Origin: Corallochytrium limacisporum Hawaii
Lineage: Eukaryota > Protista > Pluriformea
NCBI GenBank assembly: GCA_002811645.1
Contig: PDIP01000142.1
Coordinates: 1 to 64,000 of the forward strand
DNA: 64,000 nt
Direction: 5' to 3'
Shown here: positions 57,296-64,000 of the stretch, one piece after another
How positions within the stretch are numbered: the first letter of the stretch is position 1
Layout: each line of letters opens with the position of its first letter
Position numbers and translations under genes: made by a program
Notes under the pieces: generated by a model
Seen by the model: the letters and a program-made list of their open reading frames with translations, nothing else
Told to the model about the DNA's origin: nothing
Database searches by the model: none

Positions 57296-58447
57296 CTACA
57301 TGCGAGCATCATCTGCGAAGTTCATGACCGCACCACTGCTAGTGAGAGCAGCGATTTCTTCGTGGCTGAAGCCGTAGTCTTTCAGGACCTCGGTAGTGTC
57401 TTGGCCGACCTCTGCCTGAGGTCCAAAGTCCTTATCAAATTCCTTGCCCTCCATCAGACGGGGTGCACAGTTGGGTTCGACGCGACCATCAGCCTGCCTC
57501 TTGAGCAGTCGCCGGGCGCCAGAGTGCGGGTGGGTCTCGAGCTCATCGAAGTCAAGGATGGGGGCAACGCAGGCATCAGTGCCGTCAAAGATTTTGCACC
57601 ACTCGGCCATAGTCTTGCTCTTAAATACTTTGCGGAAGACAACTTTGTTTTCCTCCCACTTGGATTGATCCATTTGAGGAGCCAAATCCTTTCCATCCTC
57701 CAAGCCCATTCCCTTGAGGAGCTCAGCGTAGAAGTGTCCTTCGATTGCACCAACACTCATGTAACGACCGTCCTTAGTTTCGTATGTCTCATAGAAGTGA
57801 GCGCCAGTGTCCAGCAAATTGGTGCCGCGGGGGCCAGCAGCTACGTAAGAGTTCTTGGCCTTGTGCAAGAAAGTTCCCAGGTACGTGCACCCATCACACA
57901 TAGCAGCGTCAATGACCTGTCCCTTTCCAGAGGCAAAACGCTCAATCACAGCCATCAAAATGCCCATGGCACACATAGCACCGCCGCCAGCAAAATCAGC
58001 CATCAGATTCCACGGGGGGTATGGGTTCTCGTCCTTTCGACCAAGTTGGGCGAGAACTCCGGAGACGGCGAGGTAGTTGATGTCATGACCTGCCATGTTA
58101 GCGTACGCACCAGTTTGACCGTAGCCAGTCATGCGGGCATAGATGAGGCGAGGGTTGCGCTTCATAAGTTCCTCAGGTCCCAGGCCAAGACGCTCCATAA
58201 CACCAGGGCGAAAGCCTTCAATGATGACATCAGCCTGATCACACATCTTGCGGATAGCCTCAACACCACCACGAGATTTCAGGTTCACAGAAATCGACCG
58301 CTTGCCGCGGCACAGAGTGTCTTGATTGCCAGGGCTGGCACGGTCAACACGAACAACATCGGCACCGAAATCTGCCAATACCATACCGGCGAAGGGGGCA
58401 GGGGCAAGCCCTGCCATTTCCACGACCTTGATTCCACGCAGTGCCAT
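57296..58447 (-). CDS. AMACR: Alpha-methylacyl-CoA racemase (family III CoA-transferase)
   Basis: MALRGIKVVEMAGLAPAPFAGMVLADFGADVVRVDR, FRPGVMERLGLGP, AGHDINY, NLMADFAGGG, NLLDTGAHFYETYETKDG. C-terminal ARM is PTS1-like. Confidence 0.95.
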   Translation of the reverse strand: MALRGIKVVEMAGLAPAPFAGMVLADFGADVVRVDRASPGNQDTLCRGKRSISVNLKSRGGVEAIRKMCDQADVIIEGFRPGVMERLGLGPEELMKRNPRLIYARMTGYGQTGAYANMAGHDINYLAVSGVLAQLGRKDENPYPPWNLMADFAGGGAMCAMGILMAVIERFASGKGQVIDAAMCDGCTYLGTFLHKAKNSYVAAGPRGTNLLDTGAHFYETYETKDGRYMSVGAIEGHFYAELLKGMGLEDGKDLAPQMDQSKWEENKVVFRKVFKSKTMAEWCKIFDGTDACVAPILDFDELETHPHSGARRLLKRQADGRVEPNCAPRLMEGKEFDKDFGPQAEVGQDTTEVLKDYGFSHEEIAALTSSGAVMNFADDARM

Positions 58448-59119
58448 TCTGCTGTTTCGCAAAACTGAAGAGAGCAGAACCATAAGGAGAGAAAGAGACG
58501 GTTCGCCTACACTACAGTATTGGACCACAACTTACCTAAATACCTTGATTGTAGCCCTCAATTATACTGTGATACGTCTGTTTCAAGCACCCGGCGTCAA
58601 GTGCGTGTAAACACCACTACCCCGGACAGATGTTCACCTACTGAGGGATTGCACATAAGACCCTTGCGCTAGCTGCGCTCCCTGGAAGCCACTTCGAATC
58701 GTGAGGGCCTAAATATAGAATTCAGTCCAGTGTATATTGGTAAGCGCCATTTTGAAGATGGGGAGGGGAAAAAATTGCTTCGTGGAAGGTGGGTCGGTCC
58801 GACCGGACGGCCCGTTCTGTTCTATAATAAACTGATAGATAAAGCTACTGCGGTCAATTGTTATTTTTGTGTGCTCAGCAGTCCCAGCGTAGGGATTAAT
58901 ATTGATCTGTTGCGCGTAAGAGATCCCCGGCCCTTCGAGCGGGCGGTTGTGGGACGGGGGTGTTCCCTGAATGGCTTAAGGGTCGCGCACAATCAACAGG
59001 TACAATTCCAAGCAACCACGCATGACGTAGCCGTGTACTGATACATTGGTCTTTCGCTCTATTGATGGCTTGCGCCAGTGATCTGTCGTAATTTTCATAG
59101 TCTGCAAGTTACGTCAACA

Positions 59120-59925
59120 TTACTTCCTTTGCTTCCGGATCTGGGCATCGGCCAGCCACTGCATGCCCTCCTGCAGTCCCGATCCATTGACGGCACAGCA
59201 GGCAACAACATTGTAGTCCCTGTCCTGAAGCAAAGAGAGTCCCAGTTGCTCCTCAGCTTGTGCTGGTCTCATGGCTGTTCGTAGTAGAAGATATGTAAAT
59301 TTACCTCGCGGTTAGTATTCGATAGTCCCTTCTACCGATGTTCCATCAACATGCTCTGTTGTACTTACCATCTGGGCGGTCTTGCTTGTTCAAAAAGATG
59401 AGGATGGTCACATTTCTCATTTCCCGGTCTGCGACAATTCTATGCAGTTCCTGTTTGGATTCATTCATGCGCTCATGGTCAGTGCTGTCCACAACGTAAA
59501 TGAGGCCCTGCGTTCCCGTGAAATAGTGGCGCCAAAGAGGTCTGATCTTATCCTGACCACCCACGTCCTGTAAATGAAATGTATAGTTTGCAAAGAAGAG
59601 GTTAGACATACTGTGCTCTGGCATTCACCAATTTAAGTGCTCGTGAACATACCTACCCAAACGTTGAACTCCATTCCCTTGTACTTGACAGTCTCCACAT
59701 TGAAACCTACGGTGGGCACAGTATTTGTGGCCTTGTCCTTCAGTCTCAGTTTCATCAGAATTGCTGTAGTTAAGAAGAGGATATCCATGTTAGTAATATT
59801 TCCAAGCTACGTAGACGTCAAGAACACGATTACAAATACATACTTGTCTTGCCGGCGCCGTCCAGACCGAGCATAAGGATGCGGCAGTCCTTCTTGCCGA
59901 AGAGTTTCTTTAAGATGTTTCCCAT
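59120..59925 (-). CDS. ARF6: ARF6-like small GTPase, 180 aa, 4 exons (59844-59925, 59657-59763, 59369-59567, 59120-59274)
   Basis: Spliced translation [33 protein letters not shown]...[40 protein letters not shown]...[12 protein letters not shown]...NKQD...GLQEGMQWL. Three GT-AG introns of 80, 89 and 94 nt keep the frame. Confidence 0.88.
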
Positions 59926-60453
59926 GGTTCTTCGTGTGTTATAAGTCCAGTACGCTCGACTACATCGTCGTATTCGGACCTTGCCAGGCTAAATGAATCC
60001 AATTGGCTCCCGATGGGGTCCGTCATCTGTTGTAGCTGCTCACGCACAGGCTGACGCTCCCCAACAGCCGATAGTACGGAACCCTCCCGCCCTTTTTCCG
60101 TAGAGAACGTAGAACAGAGAAGAAAATACAGGGGAGTGGGAGTACAGAGAGGGAAAGGGCCGCGTCACTCAGAGGCAACCAATATGGGGACGCGCTGGGG
60201 GACGTGAAAAATTTCAAAACAAGGAGGGACAGAGTCTCATAGCGACTGACGAGACAGGAACCGAGAGCTTGGAGCAGTGTGAGAAGGCTTTAAGGAGTGA
60301 GAGGGTGGGGTGGGTTTAGCCAATCCAGGTGTTGGGACCACCAGGTCGGACCGGCGCCCTACAGTGATCACACAGCGCAAGATCAATATTTGGACGTGTT
60401 ACGAATTCGATACATGTGTAAATTTGGAAACAAACTATGGCACTGCAAAGCCA

Positions 60454-61275
60454 CTAGGAATAGATTGGCCCTTGGCGTGCGCCTGGGTCAGATTTGCTCG
60501 TTAAGGTCTTGGTTCTCACCTCCACACCGCAGAAAGACGATAGAGCCGTCTGCACTCGCGACATGTCAGACTCAAATTCTGAACCGCTAACATTAGCATG
60601 GTCCACTCCGTAAGTGAAAGCAATACCGTCGACACCCTTTGAGAACGCTAGAGCCATCAGACTCGCCGCCAAGCCCTTGATCAAAGCACTTTGCGATGGC
60701 AGGCTACCTGCAGACGTCCCAGCAGTTGTCACGGCGCTGATCCTGGATACGCCATCATAGGATGCTCGTTTGAAGAGTACGGTTACTACTTTTGATGGTG
60801 ACACAGTATCGAAGAGGGCCTGTGCCACGAGTCCGTCTGCTTCCGTAGCATGTTCGGACGCTCCAAAGTTCGCCTGAACGAAAGACTTGCCATCGGAGAC
60901 AATACAGTCAACAGGTACCACCTGCTTAGAAGAGTATGCAAGCGCCGAACGTTTGCCGGCCTCTACATTCTTTGTTGATGGATACACTACAGACCCCACC
61001 ACCTTCGACTCTCCTAGAAAATCCGTCACGGCCGCGCATGCATCGGGACCAATGCAGAGAATCAGCGGTAAGTTCTTCGGGATGGGGTTATCCTTGGACT
61101 CAGCAATGCTCACAGACTGTCGTAGCTCAGAGCGAAGTGCACTACGACGCAATCTTTCAGCCTTGGACAGCTTCACCCCTGTTCCCTGTGTCTGTTCGAC
61201 ATCTTCAACGGAAGAGTCTGTGTCATAGTCCAGACCCTGCTCGGAGTAGAGCCCTGGAGGGAAGTACTCAGCCAT
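60454..61275 (-). CDS. Probable proteasome assembly chaperone 1 (PAC1/PSMG1)-like protein
   Basis: Acidic N-terminus, LILCIGPDACA (cf. IIAIGNNAVA), LIKGLAASLM (cf. LPAAVL) and C-terminal HbYX motif IYS (cf. IYT). Similarity judged by eye only. Confidence 0.55.
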   Translation of the reverse strand: MAEYFPPGLYSEQGLDYDTDSSVEDVEQTQGTGVKLSKAERLRRSALRSELRQSVSIAESKDNPIPKNLPLILCIGPDACAAVTDFLGESKVVGSVVYPSTKNVEAGKRSALAYSSKQVVPVDCIVSDGKSFVQANFGASEHATEADGLVAQALFDTVSPSKVVTVLFKRASYDGVSRISAVTTAGTSAGSLPSQSALIKGLAASLMALAFSKGVDGIAFTYGVDHANVSGSEFESDMSRVQTALSSFCGVEVRTKTLTSKSDPGARQGPIYS

Positions 61276-61677
61276 TTTGATTGTTTTCCTCCATATCCCA
61301 CATCCCGTTCCGTTCTTCTGTTCTCTGCACGGCACTTTGTGATGTGACATACCTCGTCAATCACTTTGCATATCAGCCGTGACGTGGCTGGCTGTTTTTC
61401 CTAGCCAGGATTTCGTTCATTCTCAGTGCTAATGGGGAGGGCGACCCCCTCCGCCCCTCCCGGGGGGGGGAGGGGTGAGGACTGGTGGGGGAAGCACGGA
61501 GGGGCGGGGAAAGGGAGAGGCGCTCCAGGATGGCGGAGAGATCGGCGGGAGCTTGAATCTACAATGGCAAATGGTATAGGTACTTACGTAATTCCACGTC
61601 ACGATCAGGGTGCAAGGTAGAAATTTCAGGGATTACCTAAAGTAGTATTCATGAAATGTAAAGAAGAACCATAGAAC

Positions 61678-62352
61678 ATGTCATTGCCCAACCATTTGAT
61701 GCAGTATGCGTCAGACTTTAACACATCGTCGATATCCATGGCCAGTACTGCAAGGCCAATGCACAGCAGCACAGCAGAAATTGCCACCGCATGGCGAGAT
61801 CACAGACGAGAGAGAGCAAGAGATATTATTACACACTTGGGCAATGTGACTGGGATCGATGTACGGAATCTCGTAACGAATCACCAATTGGTAGGATGTA
61901 TTGAAGGAGAGATTGAGCTACACAGTGCATATGTTATGAAATCGGCTTCATCAGTGGATCCACATCGTGTGATGGCAGACTACATGGTACAACAGGAGAA
62001 GCTCATTGAGGCAGAAGCTGCCAGTGCGAGCTTCAGGCAACTGAAAGCCGATCATGCGGAGGCTTTGAAACAGAGTGATGCGCAGATGAATGAATTGAAG
62101 AATGCACAGCATGAGTTGTCCATGATGGACCGGAGCCTCTCCCAATCTGCAGAAATGTTAAAGATGCTACGGGAAACACATGACATTCTTCGGGCCAACA
62201 ATGAACGTCTGCAGGCAGAGATTGATCGCTTAAAGCAAGAGCATGAGCAAATTGTTCAGGCCCTCAACGACGACTTCAAGGCTCTTATTCGTGCTAAGCA
62301 ATCTTGGAAACATGTCCAGCCTAGTCCTATGAATGCTGCACCCGCCCTGTAA
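61678..62352 (+). CDS. Hypothetical coiled-coil protein (224 aa)
   Basis: ATG-initiated ORF with protein-like composition and a heptad-rich C-terminal half. No family recognised. Confidence 0.65.
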   Translation: MSLPNHLMQYASDFNTSSISMASTARPMHSSTAEIATAWRDHRRERARDIITHLGNVTGIDVRNLVTNHQLVGCIEGEIELHSAYVMKSASSVDPHRVMADYMVQQEKLIEAEAASASFRQLKADHAEALKQSDAQMNELKNAQHELSMMDRSLSQSAEMLKMLRETHDILRANNERLQAEIDRLKQEHEQIVQALNDDFKALIRAKQSWKHVQPSPMNAAPAL

Positions 62353-63720
62353 ATGGAGAAAGCGATACCAGTCGGGCGTCATTATCCGCATCGTGTTGGA
62401 TGCCGCGCACCAATGGCATATAAGTGTCAAAAGACCCACTGACCCATATCCCCGCGCCAATAGTAACGGCAATCCTCAATTAATTAAACAAAAGTGTTAG
62501 GGTTTCATTTCTAAAGGAATACGAGCTCAAAACGGTGGGTGTTTTTCGGCTCCAAACGTCGGTTTCGCATCTTTGGGCAAAGGCGTCCCGGTACGGAGGG
62601 AATAGTGTGAAAGAGTGAAGGATCCATGAGAGACGGAAGGAAGCCGTTTGGGAGTATGTTGGGATATTGCGCCATGACAACGCGGAGAGAGGGCGCAGAG
62701 CTCGATAGTAAAAGTATGGGGGGGGTTCTCTCTGACAGACCACAACGCACAAAAAAACACAGCCCCCCTCCCCCCCCCCTTGGAGAACGATGAGATCGCC
62801 TAGCCCTGCGCTTCCCTGTGTGACCCAGTGCTTGCTGGGTTTACTACCGGGTTTCACTGAATGGGGCCAGAGGAGATGGGTAACACGGAACTCCGAAAAC
62901 TCTGCAGAGAGAAGTGAAATCAACCGGCTCCGCAGAAGAGGAGCTGAGGGGCGAGAACCTTTTCGGGCGCACGGTCACACTAGTTGTTCCGCCTCACGGA
63001 CTGTGTTTTCGACCAGCGAATCCGACTGGCAGGGAAGTGTGGAACAATTGCAATAGCAGAAGCCGATAGCAGCAACGAGCAGAAACGCAGAGCAAATGAA
63101 AAATTTTGTCCACCGAGTGCGTTTCGGGCAGCCAATACTTCTCCACGCTTGTCTCCGGTTGGTCCGGTCTCGTATGCCATACACAATGAACGGACCATAT
63201 AACACCGGAACAGCTGATGAGGTACACATCGTCGGAGTACCACTTTCTCTTCCCCCCCCTTCTTTTCTTCCCTGTCGCACAGGACCTTGACCCGAAAGAG
63301 GCACCGAGTCTGCCACAAAGAGCAGCAGAAGAATAGGAATGAGGAGAGGAAGAAAACGAAGCCGTCCTCCCGGGCCCCTTCCCAAGCCGCGACATTGAGA
63401 CCCACCGCTCGGGTGAACGGGAAGTGGGGGGTTGGATAGATATCGTCACTGGGCACGGTGGAGCCTCTGCATACTGAATGCATTGAATTTTATAAGGAAA
63501 GTTTGGGCTGAAACGATTGAACCGTAGGGCTTCGGGTCTCGTTAGGATGAGGTGGAACAAGGAGTTACCGTATAGCACAAATGGTATGTCTTACTGAAGG
63601 GCTAGAACTAATCGTGCAGGTTTTTAAATCTCAGCATTAGTGTAGTTACAATACCACAACAGTTCCATTTGTACGTCAACTAGGACACTGTTGACGCGGT
63701 CACGTACAAAACAAAAAAAT

Positions 63721-64000
63721 ATGACATTGACAACATTCTTCGGGTGTTTGTTCATCGCATACGGGCCAATCACAGCCTTATTTTTCGGTGCGGCCGGTAA
63801 GGATGCAGAATTGATTTTGCTGACAATTGCAGCGGGCTTCTTTTGGTTGTTGGGAGCGTTCGTAGCGTCGGTAATTTGGATTGCCATCCCGCCCGCGAAG
63901 GATGAGATTTACTGGACCCTGACCATCGGTGTGCTTATGCAAGAAATTTCCAGGTTGATCCTGTATTTCACTTTGAAGAAGGCGAAGCAGGGTCTGATTG
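63721..64000 (+). CDS. APH1: Gamma-secretase subunit APH-1, 5' part (runs off the window end)
   Basis: Manual translation: MTLTTFFGCLFIAYGPITALFF...ILLTIAAGFFWLLGAFVASVIW...GVLMQEISRLILYFTLKKAKQGL. Confidence 0.93.
   Translation, partial: MTLTTFFGCLFIAYGPITALFFGAAGKDAELILLTIAAGFFWLLGAFVASVIWIAIPPAKDEIYWTLTIGVLMQEISRLILYFTLKKAKQGLI

Overview
Eukaryotic, probably protist, genomic DNA: intron-poor with short GT-AG introns, microsatellite-rich intergenic DNA and six N-gaps. Housekeeping genes recognisable from motifs are an Abi-like SH3 protein, SPRING1/C12orf49, a Gln/Pro-rich forkhead-like factor, IPPK, RPL19, SERP1/RAMP4, gp210/NUP210, CYFIP/Sra1, a Greatwall/MASTL-like kinase, LYRM2, RPS29, an SCP2-FYVE-ABC1 kinase-beta-lactamase fusion, AMACR, ARF6, a PSMG1-like gene and the 5' part of APH1. 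The outstanding feature is a ~6.8-kb single-gene element (about 6881-13811) at the 3' end of a tRNA-Pro(AGG) gene. It is bounded by ~150-bp direct repeats. One repeat overlaps the intact tRNA; the other carries a displaced 22-nt tRNA 3' fragment that starts at the T-arm. Its only gene encodes a 2008-aa protein with two tandem tyrosine-recombinase catalytic domains, one with a complete R-K-HxxR-H-Y set and one degenerate at both His positions. This is the attL/attR layout of prokaryotic tRNA-targeting integrative elements, here in a eukaryote. All calls come from reading the sequence and motifs by eye; no database searches were run.
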